DNA of 64,000 nucleotides from Acidobacteriota bacterium (GCA_965248845.1 CBDFKO010000002.1:2012564-2076563); one strand, 5' to 3'; positions 18,703-28,848 are shown, counted from the first letter of the stretch. Translations and numbers: made by a program. The notes: generated by a model not told the origin, from the letters alone.

Positions 18703-20769
18703 GTGGAGCGACGGTCTCACTGTCCGCTTGATTGTCCCGACGCTTGCAGCCTGGTCGTCACGACCGACGATGACCGCGTCGTGTCCGTTGATGGTAGCCA
18801 TCGGAACCCCCTGACGGAGGGCTACATTTGCTCCAAGGTGCGCCGCCTACCGGACCTCCTTTACGGCCCTGAGCGCCTGCTCGAGCCGGCGATCCGGGTG
18901 GGGCCGAAGGGCAGTGGTGAGGTGCGGCCGGCGACCTGGGACGAGGCGCTGGGGCTGATCACCGACAAGATGCGGGAGGCGGTCGCGAGGCACGGCGGCG
19001 AGTCTATTCTGCCGTTGTGCTACGGCGGCTCGAACGGTCTGCTGACCCAGGACTCGACCGACGCGCGGCTATTTCGCCGCCTCGGCGCCTCCAACCTGGC
19101 GCGCACCGTGTGCGCTGTTCCATCGACCCTCGCGGCGGCCGGTCTGTACGGCAAGATGCCTGGCGTCGCCTTCCAGGACTACGTGCACGCTCGCCTCATC
19201 GTCGTGTGGGGTTGCAACCCGACCGCAACGGGGATCCACCTGCTGCCGCACATCAAGGAGGCGCGACGGCGCGGTGCCCGCTTGGTGGTGGTCGATCCGC
19301 GGCGCAACCGGCTGGCGCGTCAGGCCGACCTACATCTGCCCGTACGACCGGGCAGCGACGTCGCCGTGGCGCTAGCGGTGGCGAACTGGCTGTTCGACAA
19401 CGGTGCCGCCGATCTCGACTTCCTGGATCGCAACGCCCACGGAGTGGAGCAGTTTCGCCGTCGTGCGGCAGCCTGGCCGGTGGCGCGCGCTGCGGACGTG
19501 TCGGGGATCGACCCGCAGGCGATCGAGACCCTGGCGCGCTGGTACGCCGAGACCTCGCCTGCGGTGATCCGAGCGGGTTGGGGCATGGAGCGCAATCGCA
19601 ACGGTGCCGCGTCGGTTGCCGCGGTGCTCGCGCTACCCGCCGTCGCCGGCAAGTTCGGCGTCCGTGGCGGTGGCTACACCATGAGCAACTCCAGGGCGTT
19701 CACGCTCGACGCGACCGTCTCGGCCAACGAGCCGCCGTCGCGCACCCGTACGCTCAACATGAACCGGCTCGGTCGCGACCTACGCGAGCGCGACGATCCG
19801 CCCGTGACTGTGCTCTTCGCCTACAACTGCAACCCGGTAGCGACCCTTCCGGAGCAGGAGCGGGTGATCGCTGGCATGCTCCGCGAGGACCTGTTCACGG
19901 CGGTCTTCGAGCAGGTGTTCACCGACACTGCGCGCTATGCCGACGTGATCTTGCCGGCCACGGTGTTCGTCGAGCACGACGAGATGAGCGCCGGCTACGG
20001 CGCCATGCTGCTACAACACGCCCCTGCGGCGGTTCCGGCCGCGGGCCAGGCGCGCCCCAACTATGCAGTGTTCGAGGAGCTGACTCGGCGTCTGGGGCTG
20101 GATCGACCCGACGACCCCAGCGGCCCGGACGGGCTGGCTGCTGCGATCCTGGGCAACGGCCGTGGCGCGATTCTGGCGACAGGTGAGCCGATCTTCCCCG
20201 ACTTCGGTGCCACGCCGATCCAGTTCGTCGATCTGCTGCCGCGAACGTCGAGCGGCAAGATCGAACTGCTGCCGGCGACGCTCGAGGAGGAGGCACCCGG
20301 TGGCCTCTACACCTTCCGACCCGACCCCGCGACCGAGATGTATCCGCTGGCGCTGGTATCGCCGGCCACGGGCCGCACGGTGAGCTCGACCTTCGGGCAG
20401 CTGGTGCGCGACCAGGTACCCTTGCGGCTTCATCCCGACGACGCCGCGGCGCGTGGCATCGCGACCGGTGATCGCCTGCGCGTGTTCAACGGGCTCGGCG
20501 AGGTCCATTGCTTGGCGAAGGTTACCGATCAGGTTCGGCCCGGTGTCGTCTTCCTGCCGAAAGGGCTGTGGTCGCACAGCACCCTCAACGGACGGACCTC
20601 GAACGCGCTGGTGTCAGATGCCTTCACCGACGTGGGCGGCGGTGCCACCTTCAACGACGCGCGGGTCCAGGTGGGGCCACTAGTTGACCGCGAGCTCGTC
20701 GAAAAGCCCGGTCAGGTCGGCGTTGCTGATGCCCGACTCGTCGGCGATCACCTTCTGGGCCGGCGATGA
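18703..20769 (+). CDS. Molybdopterin oxidoreductase (DMSO-reductase/MopB superfamily), cytoplasmic, substrate unknown
   Basis: N-terminal Fe-S motif HCPLDCPDAC with C-x3-C-x3-C spacing. MopB molybdopterin-binding domains follow, then a C-terminal molybdopterin-dinucleotide-binding beta-barrel (GDRLRVFNGLGEVHCLAKVTDQVRPGVVFL). No Tat signal. Confidence 0.75.
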   Translation: MERRSHCPLDCPDACSLVVTTDDDRVVSVDGSHRNPLTEGYICSKVRRLPDLLYGPERLLEPAIRVGPKGSGEVRPATWDEALGLITDKMREAVARHGGESILPLCYGGSNGLLTQDSTDARLFRRLGASNLARTVCAVPSTLAAAGLYGKMPGVAFQDYVHARLIVVWGCNPTATGIHLLPHIKEARRRGARLVVVDPRRNRLARQADLHLPVRPGSDVAVALAVANWLFDNGAADLDFLDRNAHGVEQFRRRAAAWPVARAADVSGIDPQAIETLARWYAETSPAVIRAGWGMERNRNGAASVAAVLALPAVAGKFGVRGGGYTMSNSRAFTLDATVSANEPPSRTRTLNMNRLGRDLRERDDPPVTVLFAYNCNPVATLPEQERVIAGMLREDLFTAVFEQVFTDTARYADVILPATVFVEHDEMSAGYGAMLLQHAPAAVPAAGQARPNYAVFEELTRRLGLDRPDDPSGPDGLAAAILGNGRGAILATGEPIFPDFGATPIQFVDLLPRTSSGKIELLPATLEEEAPGGLYTFRPDPATEMYPLALVSPATGRTVSSTFGQLVRDQVPLRLHPDDAAARGIATGDRLRVFNGLGEVHCLAKVTDQVRPGVVFLPKGLWSHSTLNGRTSNALVSDAFTDVGGGATFNDARVQVGPLVDRELVEKPGQVGVADARLVGDHLLGRR

Positions 20770-21663
20770 CTCCGCGTAGCTGGCCATCCGCTGGCGGATG
20801 CGCTCGGCGAAGCTGTTGACCGAGCGGTTCTCCATGAAGACGCCGGTGGGGATGGTGTCGCCCCACATCCGCGCCATCTTCATGAAGTGGCGTGTCTTGC
20901 GCCAGGTGGTTTCCTCGTCGTCGTCGGGCGCGATGACCGGGTCGTAGTCTTCGGGCAGCGGCTGCACGCGTGGGCGGACCTCCTCGAGATCCTTGCCGGC
21001 GAACCAGTCCTTGGTGTGCAGGTTGTTATAGGTCGGGCAGGGTTGCAGTACGTCGAGGAACGACAGCCCCGGATGCGACATCGCCGACATCAGGAGCTCG
21101 ACGAGCTGTTTGACGTTGTAGGAGTAACCGCGACCGATCCAGGTGAACCCCGAGGCGTACGCCATCATCATCGGGTTGAGTTTCATCTGGATATTGGGTT
21201 CGGGCAGGCTCTTGGTCTGCATACCCAGCGGCATCGTCGGTGCCGCCTGGCCCTTGGTGAGCCCGTAGACTTCGTTGTCGAACATCACGTACGTGATGTC
21301 GACGTTGCGGCGCCCGACGTTGACGAAGTGACCGGCGCCGATGCCGAGTCCGTCGCCATCACCGGCCGCCACGATGACATGGAGCTCCGGGTTGGCGAGC
21401 TTGATGCCGGTGGCATAGGGAATAGGCCGGCCGTGCAGCGTGTGGACGCCGTAGGTGCCCATGTAGTAGGGCGCTTTCCCGGAGCAACCGATACCGCCGA
21501 CGGCGATGACCTTCGAGGGGTCGAGGCCGAGCTTGGCGCAGGCCTGGTGCATGGCGTTGAGGATGCCGAAGTCGCCGCAGCCCGGGCACCAGTCGTTGGG
21601 GTGTGTCTGCTGGAAGTCCCTGGCCGTGTATGCCTGGTCGGTTGCCGTCGCGGTGGTCATGTG
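20680..21663 (-). CDS. korB: 2-oxoacid:ferredoxin oxidoreductase beta subunit (KorB-like, TPP-binding)
   Basis: Start at MTTATATDQ. CPGCGDFGILNA motif and TPP-binding GDGDG(LGIGAGH). 3' end overlaps the convergent MopB gene by ~90 nt. Confidence 0.88.
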   Translation of the reverse strand, partial: HMTTATATDQAYTARDFQQTHPNDWCPGCGDFGILNAMHQACAKLGLDPSKVIAVGGIGCSGKAPYYMGTYGVHTLHGRPIPYATGIKLANPELHVIVAAGDGDGLGIGAGHFVNVGRRNVDITYVMFDNEVYGLTKGQAAPTMPLGMQTKSLPEPNIQMKLNPMMMAYASGFTWIGRGYSYNVKQLVELLMSAMSHPGLSFLDVLQPCPTYNNLHTKDWFAGKDLEEVRPRVQPLPEDYDPVIAPDDDEETTWRKTRHFMKMARMWGDTIPTGVFMENRSVNSFAERIRQRMASYAESSPAQKVIADESGISNADLTGLFDELAVN

Positions 21664-21670
21664 CGCACCC

Positions 21671-23698
21671 TTACTGATGGGGGTTGCGGAGGACGATGCG
21701 GCGGTCCGCATTGCCCTTGCGAATCGCCTCGAGGACCACGAAAAGCTCCTCGGCGGAGATCGGACGGCCGTTGTACTTCACGACCGCGTGATCGGGACAG
21801 ATGCCTGTGTGCTGGCGGAGCAGCTGGGCATACTGCCCAGCGTAGTTGGACTCGACGATTATCAGGGGCTTGGAATTGCCCAGCAACTCCGTCATCTCGT
21901 CGGCCGGGAAGGGCATCAGCAGTCGTGCCTGAAGAAAGCGGACGGGGGCGCCGTCGGCTTCGAAGCGGTCGAGGCATTCCATGATTGCGCCCTTGTTCGA
22001 ACCCCAGCTGAGAATCGTCAGCTCGGCGTCGCAATCGCCGTAGATCTTCACTTTCTGCTCGAGCGGGATCTCGCGCAGCGCCAGGTCCATCTTGCGCATT
22101 CGCTTCTCGACCTGCTGCTCGCGAATGACCGGGTCCTCGGTAACTCGGCCTTCGGGGGTGTGTTCGCCGCCCGTGCACCAATGGCCGTTGCCCTCCTGCC
22201 CCAGAATCGTACGAGGGGAGACCCCCGACTCGGTCACGGCGAATCGCTGGAAGGCGCCGTCGGCCTCCGGGCCGCGTGGCTCCGCGATCTCCCCACGCTC
22301 GATCCTTGTTCGGTTGGTGTCGAAGTAGGGCACCGTTCGCGAGGAGCTCGAAATCGCCTTGTCGAGCAGGTGAACGACGACGGTTTGGTAGCGATCGGCG
22401 TAGTTGAAGCACTCCGCGGCGTCGTAGAACGCCTCGATTACGTCACCCGATGCGACACACATGAGCGGGAAGTCTCCGTGTGCGCCCGTGGTCGCGATGC
22501 GCAGGTCGCCCTGCTCGCTCCGTGTCGGCATGCCCGTCGAGGGTCCGCCGCGCTGCCATTCGGTGACTACCAGCGGCACCTCGTTGATGGCGGCCCAGCC
22601 GATGCCCTCGCACATGAGCGCGAAGCCGGGCCCCGAGGTGGCGGTCGAGGCGCGGGCTCCGGTGAGGGCTGCGCCCGTCGCCATCGTCACCGCCGAGATC
22701 TCGTCCTCGGTCTGCACTACCACGACGTTGGTCTGTTGACCCGACTTGGTGGGGAACTCCCCGTGCGCCTCGAGAAAGACGCTCTCGTCGGTGGCCGGCG
22801 AGATCGGGTAGTAGGACTGGAAGGCCAGTCCGCCGGCCAGCTTGCCCAGCGCCACCGCCTGATTACCGTTCAGCAACATGCGCTTCTCGGTGCTCTCGGC
22901 GGCGTGCAGGCCGCAGGCCAAGTCGCTTCGGTCGTAGTGCCTATCAACATAGTTGTAGGCCTGCTCGACAGCCTCGATGTTCAGGTCGATGATCTTCTGG
23001 CGGCCGGGCCACTGCTTCTCCAGCGCCTTCTTGACGTAGTCGCGCTTGAAGTCCAGCAGCGCCGTGGAGACTGCCACCGCCAGCGTGTTCTTGGTGAGCT
23101 GAGCGATCTTGTGCGGAACATCCATCGCCTCGACGATCTTCTCGACGATGTCGTCGAAATCGACCTCGAACGTGTTGACGCGGCGCTTGCGCGCGTCCTC
23201 GAGTAACCCCGCCGTCGTGGGGGGTAGCCCGCGTTCCTCGAGATAAGCCGACGTATCGACGCCGGCGCGCTCGTCGAGGAAGGTGATCGAGGTCAGGGGT
23301 GTGTCGGCGTCGTTCTTCGTGTAGATAACGCCGCCACCCGCGCCGACCGCCAGGATGTGGCGCGCCAGTGTCTCGGTCTCGAAGGTCGTCAGCAGGTCGA
23401 CCGTGTCGCGATGCGAGGTGCACGGCAGCTCGGACACGCGGACGTCGTAGTAGCTGTGGCGCCCCATGATGTTGGAGTAATACTCGCGCCGACCGTACAG
23501 GTGCAAACCGCCGATTCCGCAAGCGCGCTGGAAGATGAGCGCGGCAGTATCGACACCGCTTCCTTGCGCGCCCCCGACACGCCAGGCCAGATCCTGCGCG
23601 CCACCCGTATCGTCGCCGTCATGATCGTCAGCCGACACTTCGGACTCTCCCCCAGAAGGGCGCTCCGCGGACCGTGGCGGAACTCCAAACAGCCCCAT
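21671..23698 (-). CDS. korA: 2-oxoacid:ferredoxin oxidoreductase alpha subunit (KorA-like, fused alpha/gamma)
   Basis: Conserved pyruvate-flavodoxin oxidoreductase domains (DLAWRVGGAQGSGVDTAALIF..., GPGFALMCEGIGWAAINEVPLVV). Start uncertain: ORF extends to 23800 but M at 23698 leaves a plausible divergent promoter space to lemA. Its stop lies 8 nt before the korB start. Confidence 0.85.
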   Translation of the reverse strand: MGLFGVPPRSAERPSGGESEVSADDHDGDDTGGAQDLAWRVGGAQGSGVDTAALIFQRACGIGGLHLYGRREYYSNIMGRHSYYDVRVSELPCTSHRDTVDLLTTFETETLARHILAVGAGGGVIYTKNDADTPLTSITFLDERAGVDTSAYLEERGLPPTTAGLLEDARKRRVNTFEVDFDDIVEKIVEAMDVPHKIAQLTKNTLAVAVSTALLDFKRDYVKKALEKQWPGRQKIIDLNIEAVEQAYNYVDRHYDRSDLACGLHAAESTEKRMLLNGNQAVALGKLAGGLAFQSYYPISPATDESVFLEAHGEFPTKSGQQTNVVVVQTEDEISAVTMATGAALTGARASTATSGPGFALMCEGIGWAAINEVPLVVTEWQRGGPSTGMPTRSEQGDLRIATTGAHGDFPLMCVASGDVIEAFYDAAECFNYADRYQTVVVHLLDKAISSSSRTVPYFDTNRTRIERGEIAEPRGPEADGAFQRFAVTESGVSPRTILGQEGNGHWCTGGEHTPEGRVTEDPVIREQQVEKRMRKMDLALREIPLEQKVKIYGDCDAELTILSWGSNKGAIMECLDRFEADGAPVRFLQARLLMPFPADEMTELLGNSKPLIIVESNYAGQYAQLLRQHTGICPDHAVVKYNGRPISAEELFVVLEAIRKGNADRRIVLRNPHQ

Positions 23699-23817
23699 TG
23701 CGCCCGTTTCAATCCCCGTCAGCGGATTATAGCCACTGGGCCCAAGCGGGGTAGTCGGTCTCGCCCGGCTGCTATGCTTGGCTTCTACGCCAAGTTCCAC
23801 GCCCAGAAGGAGGCACG

Positions 23818-24372
23818 ATGCTCGGCTTTTTGGGATTGCTGGCGATCCTTGTCGTGGTTGGCGCCTGGCTGGTCGGAATCTACAACCGGCTGGTCAAGCT
23901 GAAGGTGCGCTCCGAGGACGGCTGGGCGTCGGTCGATGTCCAACTCAAGCGCCGCTACGACCTGATCCCCAACCTCGTGGAGACGGTCAAGGGCTACGCG
24001 TCGCACGAGCGCGAGACGCTCGAGGCTGTTATCGCGGCACGGCGAGCCGGGATCGACGCCGGCACGGTCGGCGAGCAGGCGCAAGCCGAGAACCTGATCA
24101 CCGGTGCGTTGCGTCAGCTATTCGCCCTGTCGGAGGCCTATCCGGACCTGAAAGCGAACCAGAACTTCGGGCAGCTCCAGGAGGAGCTGTCCTCGACCGA
24201 GAACAAGATCGCCTTCGCGCGACAGCACTACAACGACACCGTGCGGCAGTACAACACCCGACTGGAGTCGTTCCCGGACAACGTGGTCGGAGGCATGTTC
24301 GGGTTCGTGGGGCGCGAGTTCTTCGAGCTCGACGACGCCGAGCAGCGTGAGGCGCCGCAGGTCAAGTTCTAG
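23818..24372 (+). CDS. lemA: LemA-family protein
   Basis: N-terminal TM helix. Conserved LemA sequence YNRLVKLKVRSEDGWASVDVQLKRRYDLIPNLVETVKGYASHE. AAGGAGG lies 5 nt upstream of the ATG. Confidence 0.85.
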   Translation: MLGFLGLLAILVVVGAWLVGIYNRLVKLKVRSEDGWASVDVQLKRRYDLIPNLVETVKGYASHERETLEAVIAARRAGIDAGTVGEQAQAENLITGALRQLFALSEAYPDLKANQNFGQLQEELSSTENKIAFARQHYNDTVRQYNTRLESFPDNVVGGMFGFVGREFFELDDAEQREAPQVKF

Positions 24373-24389
24373 CAGGCTTATCGCCGCCG

Positions 24390-25379
24390 ATGGAGGCCTG
24401 GCCCATGGCCCGGGGGGACGATACCTATCACGATCTGATTGCCAGGAACCGGCGCAACAGTGCGCTTCTGGTCGTCGGATTCGTGCTTTTCGTCGGTCTG
24501 ACGGTGGGCGTGATGGCGGCGGGTGCGCTGCAGGCGACCCCGGAAGAGGCCTTGGCGGTGGGTGCTCTCGCTCTGGTCGGGGCCGGCTTGGCCGCCACGT
24601 GGAGCTACTACGGCGGTGGCCGGGCGATTCTGGGCATCAGCCGCGCCCGCCCGATCGACGAGGCCGACGACCCGCAGCTCTACAACGTCGTCGAGGAGAT
24701 GGCCATCGCCGCCGGGATCCCGTTGCCGGACCTGTACCTCATCGAGGACACCGCACAAAACGCCTTTGCCACCGGCCGTGATCCCGAGCATGCAGCCGTG
24801 GCCATCACCCGCGGGCTGCGGGAGCAGCTGTCGCGTGATGAGCTCCAGGCGGTGATTGCTCACGAGGTCTCGCACGTGCGCCACTACGACATCCGCCTGG
24901 CGATGCTACTGGCGACCCTCGTCGGGATCGTGGTGCTAGTGACCGACTTCTTCTGGCGCACCCTGCGGCTGCGCATGTGGGCGGGCGGCGGCCGGCGCCG
25001 TGGGGGCAACTCGCGCGAGGGGGCCGGGGCCGCGATCCTCTTCGCGCTGGCGGTGCTGCTGTCGATCATCGCGCCGATCGGCGCCAAGCTGATCCAGCTG
25101 GCCGCGTCGCGTCAGCGCGAGTACCTGGCCGACGCCGGTGCCGTGGAGCTGACGCGCCATCCCGAGGCCATGATCGCGGCCCTACAGAAGCTGGGGTCGG
25201 ATCGGGAAGTGCTCGAGGTCGCCAATCGCGCCACGGCACATCTGTATATTGTGCAGCCGATCAAGAAGTGGGAGAAGCGGGCCAAGGGCCTCTTCTCCAC
25301 GCATCCTTCGATCGAGAGTCGCGTCGCTCGACTCGAGCAACTGGTCGACGTCTACCGCAAGCCGGGAGAGCGGGAGTGA
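24390..25379 (+). CDS. htpX: M48-family zinc metallopeptidase HtpX
   Basis: HEVSHVRHYD (HExxH) motif. Four TM helices. The classic LemA-HtpX gene pair. Confidence 0.9.
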   Translation: MEAWPMARGDDTYHDLIARNRRNSALLVVGFVLFVGLTVGVMAAGALQATPEEALAVGALALVGAGLAATWSYYGGGRAILGISRARPIDEADDPQLYNVVEEMAIAAGIPLPDLYLIEDTAQNAFATGRDPEHAAVAITRGLREQLSRDELQAVIAHEVSHVRHYDIRLAMLLATLVGIVVLVTDFFWRTLRLRMWAGGGRRRGGNSREGAGAAILFALAVLLSIIAPIGAKLIQLAASRQREYLADAGAVELTRHPEAMIAALQKLGSDREVLEVANRATAHLYIVQPIKKWEKRAKGLFSTHPSIESRVARLEQLVDVYRKPGERE

Positions 25380-26032
25380 GCCAAGAGCAGAAGCGCGCTG
25401 CCGCCGAGAGGGCGCTCGAATACGTGCGACCGGGCGAGGTGCTCGGGGTCGGCAGCGGTTCCACGGTGCGCGCTTTCATCGAGATACTCGGCCAGCGCAT
25501 GGCGGGCCAGGTTCCGCGGGCCGTCTCGAGCTCCCGCGAGACCACGGTGCTACTGGACGACATCGGGATCGAAGTCGTCGATCTGAACGAGGTCGAGGGC
25601 TACCCGGTGTACATCGACGGCGCCGACGAGTTCGACCCCGCTCTGAACCTGATCAAGGGGGGCGGCGCCGCGCTCACGGGCGAGAAGATTACGGTCAGCA
25701 TCGCCAAGCAATTCGTCTGTGTCGTCGATGCCTCTAAGCGGGTGGACGTGCTCGGAGCGTTCCCGTTGCCGGTCGAGGTCATCCCGATGGCGCGGCAGCA
25801 GGTGGCCCGGCGGTTGGCCGAGCTCGGCGGCGATGCCGTGCTGCGGCCGGGCACGGTCACCGATCACGGCAATCAGATCCTCGATGTGCACGGCCTTCGC
25901 ATTACCGATCCGCTAGGCCTCGAGATGGAGCTCGATGCCACCCCCGGCGTCGTGACCTCGGGGGTGTTCGCGCGCCATCGTGCGGATGTCGTGTTGATGG
26001 CTACGATCCACGGTGTGGAGTGCTTCGAATGA
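25376..26032 (+). CDS. rpiA: Ribose-5-phosphate isomerase A
   Basis: GTG start overlapping the htpX TGA. Near-colinear similarity to RpiA (GVGSGSTV, DGADE, IKGGGAALTGEKI, PLPVEVIPMAR). Confidence 0.85.
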   Translation: MSQEQKRAAAERALEYVRPGEVLGVGSGSTVRAFIEILGQRMAGQVPRAVSSSRETTVLLDDIGIEVVDLNEVEGYPVYIDGADEFDPALNLIKGGGAALTGEKITVSIAKQFVCVVDASKRVDVLGAFPLPVEVIPMARQQVARRLAELGGDAVLRPGTVTDHGNQILDVHGLRITDPLGLEMELDATPGVVTSGVFARHRADVVLMATIHGVECFE

Positions 26033-26850
26033 GATTCGTAACAGCGTCGTCGTCCCGGCTCGTGCTTGCCCTATTGCTCGGCGTGGCCGCCTGCAGCCAA
26101 CCGAGCCCCGAGGCGACTTCGTCGGTACAGTCGCCCTTGGAGGCGTTGCTACAGGGGCGCGTCGAAATGGTCGACCTGACGCATGCCTTGAGCTCCGAGG
26201 CGCCGTTCTGGCCGAGCCCTGGTGGCAATCCGTTCGAGCACACGATCCTGGCGGCGCACGATAGTGGTCGCGCCGCGATGGCGGCCTACGCGACCCCCGA
26301 GCACTTCGGCACGCACCTCGACGCACCGACACACTCGCGCGACGGTCAGCCCACGGTCGACGAGCTGACCGCCGCGCAACTGTTCGGGCCGGCGGTGGTG
26401 ATCGACGTCGGCGAGGCGGTGGTGTCAAACGCGGACTACGCGCTGACCTTGCAGGACGTCTTGGACTGGGAGCAACGACACGGGGAGATTCCTCCTGGCG
26501 CCGTGGTGCTGATGGCGACCGGGTGGGCCAGTCGCTGGCCCGACCAGGCGGCGTACGCCAACCAAGACGCCGAGGGCGCCATGCACTTTCCGGGCTTCGG
26601 CGCGGAGGCGGCCGCCTTCCTGGTTCGGGATCGGGCGATCCGCGGCATCGGCGTGGATACCTTCAGTGTCGATCCGGCGACCGGCGGGTTCGCAGTGCAC
26701 GGAATCGTCAACGGAGCCGGCGGCTACCACCTGGAGAGCCTGGCGTCGCTGCAGGGCTTGCCGCCGACCGGCGCCTTCTTGATCGTCGCTCCCATCAAGA
26801 TCGCCGGGGGCTCCGGCGGTCAGGTCCGCGTCTTCGCGCTGGTTCCTTAG
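26020..26850 (+). CDS. Cyclase-family protein (kynurenine-formamidase-like), lipoprotein signal
   Basis: Signal/lipobox LLLGVAAC. Cyclase-family HxGTHxDxPxH region reads EHFGTHLDAPTH. Start may be 26029 (MRFVT). Confidence 0.8.
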   Translation: MLRMRFVTASSSRLVLALLLGVAACSQPSPEATSSVQSPLEALLQGRVEMVDLTHALSSEAPFWPSPGGNPFEHTILAAHDSGRAAMAAYATPEHFGTHLDAPTHSRDGQPTVDELTAAQLFGPAVVIDVGEAVVSNADYALTLQDVLDWEQRHGEIPPGAVVLMATGWASRWPDQAAYANQDAEGAMHFPGFGAEAAAFLVRDRAIRGIGVDTFSVDPATGGFAVHGIVNGAGGYHLESLASLQGLPPTGAFLIVAPIKIAGGSGGQVRVFALVP

Positions 26851-26859
26851 GAGGATCCG

Positions 26860-27930
26860 ATGGGCCTTGCACGACAGGCGCTGCTGCTCGCCGGGTTGCT
26901 GCTGCTGGCCGCCGCGCCGGTGCCACAGGAGCCAGACGAGCCTCGCGCCCACGTGCGGGTCGTTGCCACCGGCGGAACCATCGCCGGGCGCGGCCAGCCC
27001 GGTGCCGTGTCGGGCTATCGGTCGGGCGCGATTCCGATCGAGGAGTTGCTGGCCGAAGTCCCGGCGCTGACCGATGTCGCCGACGTCACCGCGGAGCAGT
27101 ACAGCAACATCGGCTCCACATCGCTGCTGCCGAGCGACTGGCTGGCGCTGGCCCAGCGCATCAACGTGCTGCTGTCCGAGGGCGTCGAGGGGCGGCCGGT
27201 CGATGGCGTCGTGGTGACGCACGGGACCGATGCCCTGGAGGAGACCGCCTACTTTCTGGGCCTGACCGTTCGTAGCGCCAAGCCGGTGGTCGTGGTCGGA
27301 GCCATGCGGCCCGCCACGGCTACCTCCGCCGACGGTCCGCTGAACTTGCTCAACGCGGTTCAGGTCGCGGCCTCGCCGCGATCACGCGGTCGCGGGGCGA
27401 TGGTGGTGCTGAACCAGGAGATCAACGCTGCGCGTGACGCCACCAAGACCAACGCCAACCGGGTGCAGACCTTCCAGTCGCGAACCTGGGGGCTCCTGGG
27501 CACGGTCGAGCGCGACGGCCCCATCTACAACCGGCGCGTCGAGAATCGCCACACCGACGCGAGCGAGTTCGACGTCTCCGACAAGCGAGCCGAGGACATT
27601 CCGCGGGTCGATATCTCCTACACCTACAACGGCGCCGACGGCACCGAGATCCGTGCCTTCGTCGAAGCGGGCGCTGCCGGGGTGGTCATCGCGACATCGG
27701 GTGCCGGCGCCACGACTCGGGCCCAGGGGCAGGTCGCAGACGAGGTCGCCGAGGCGGGCGTCTTCGTCGTGCGGGCGACGCGCACCGGCTCCGGCCGGGT
27801 CGGCTTCGGCCGCGGCCGCTCCATCGGCGCGGGCGACCTGCTGCCGCAGAAGGCACGGATTCTCCTGATGGTCGCCCTGATGCACACCGACGATCCGGAC
27901 GAGATCCAGCGGATCTTCCGCGAGTACTGA
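26860..27930 (+). CDS. ansB: Type II (periplasmic) L-asparaginase
   Basis: Signal peptide, then VVATGGTIAG threonine active-site motif and GVVVTHGTDALEETA. 356 aa. Confidence 0.88.
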   Translation: MGLARQALLLAGLLLLAAAPVPQEPDEPRAHVRVVATGGTIAGRGQPGAVSGYRSGAIPIEELLAEVPALTDVADVTAEQYSNIGSTSLLPSDWLALAQRINVLLSEGVEGRPVDGVVVTHGTDALEETAYFLGLTVRSAKPVVVVGAMRPATATSADGPLNLLNAVQVAASPRSRGRGAMVVLNQEINAARDATKTNANRVQTFQSRTWGLLGTVERDGPIYNRRVENRHTDASEFDVSDKRAEDIPRVDISYTYNGADGTEIRAFVEAGAAGVVIATSGAGATTRAQGQVADEVAEAGVFVVRATRTGSGRVGFGRGRSIGAGDLLPQKARILLMVALMHTDDPDEIQRIFREY

Positions 27931-27945
27931 GGTCGAGGTCGCGGC

Positions 27946-28803
27946 TCACTCCTCGGGTACCAGCGCCAGTACCCGGGCCGGGCCACCGGTGGCCCCGGCG
28001 ATCTTCACGGGCAGGGCGAGCAGGGTCGCCCCCGACTCGGGTAGCTGGTCGAGGCCGCTGAGGTTCTCCAGGTTGAACAGATTGGCGGCCGAGAGCACTC
28101 GGTGGGCCCGGAACATCATGTCGTTGCCGGGGTCGATGCTGGCGGTGTCGATGCCGATCCCGACGACACCGCGCTCGATGACGGCCTCGGCGCCACCGGG
28201 AGAGACCCCTGGGAAGTGCAGGGTAGAGGTGTCGAAGGGAGTGTCGCTGCCGTAGTAGCCGTTCCAGTCGGGCCAGCGTCTCGACCAGCCGGAGCGCACG
28301 ACGACGATGGCTCCCCGCGGCACGGGCCCGTGGCGAGCTTCCCACTGCTCGAGGTCGCCAGCCTGCAGGGTCGCATCCGGGTCGGTCCCGGCGCGGGCAC
28401 TGATGTCGATCACCACCGCGGGGCCGACGAAGTTCTCGACGGGAATCTGGTCGCCCGTCCAGCCCGTCTCGTGGAAGTGAACGGGTGCGTCGAGGTGGGT
28501 TCCGAGATGCTCCACGGTCGCGAAGCGGGCCGCCGCGTACCACTCGCCCTGGTCGCTGGGGCCCCACGAGAGACGCTCGAACTCGAACGGTGTCCCGGTG
28601 GGCCAGTAGAGGCTATCGGGGCTCAGCGCGTGGGATAGGTCCACGACTCGCTGCCTCGACAGCGGCGCCGGGGGGAGGGTGTCTTCCAGGGCGCCGGTGG
28701 GCGTCTCGGCGGGCCCGCAGGCGCACAGCGGCACGGCAGCGGCAAGCAGCAGGCGTGCCAGGCAGGCGGGGGCGTTGGCGCAGATCGAATCGGTCGTGGG
28801 CAT
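27946..28803 (-). CDS. Cyclase-family protein paralog (kynurenine-formamidase-like), lipoprotein signal
   Basis: LLLAAAVPLCAC lipobox-like signal. EHLGTHLDAPVHF motif. Colinear with the 26020..26850 paralog. Confidence 0.8.
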   Translation of the reverse strand: MPTTDSICANAPACLARLLLAAAVPLCACGPAETPTGALEDTLPPAPLSRQRVVDLSHALSPDSLYWPTGTPFEFERLSWGPSDQGEWYAAARFATVEHLGTHLDAPVHFHETGWTGDQIPVENFVGPAVVIDISARAGTDPDATLQAGDLEQWEARHGPVPRGAIVVVRSGWSRRWPDWNGYYGSDTPFDTSTLHFPGVSPGGAEAVIERGVVGIGIDTASIDPGNDMMFRAHRVLSAANLFNLENLSGLDQLPESGATLLALPVKIAGATGGPARVLALVPEE

Positions 28804-28848
28804 GTCGGTGCTCCCCAGCTCGAGAAAGTCGCGCTCGGCGTCGACCGA

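Noticed and set aside
19017-20186. 389-aa alternate-frame ORF inside the molybdopterin oxidoreductase gene
   Set aside because: Same strand but different frame from a gene with clear MopB motifs. The translation is Arg/Gly-rich nonsense.
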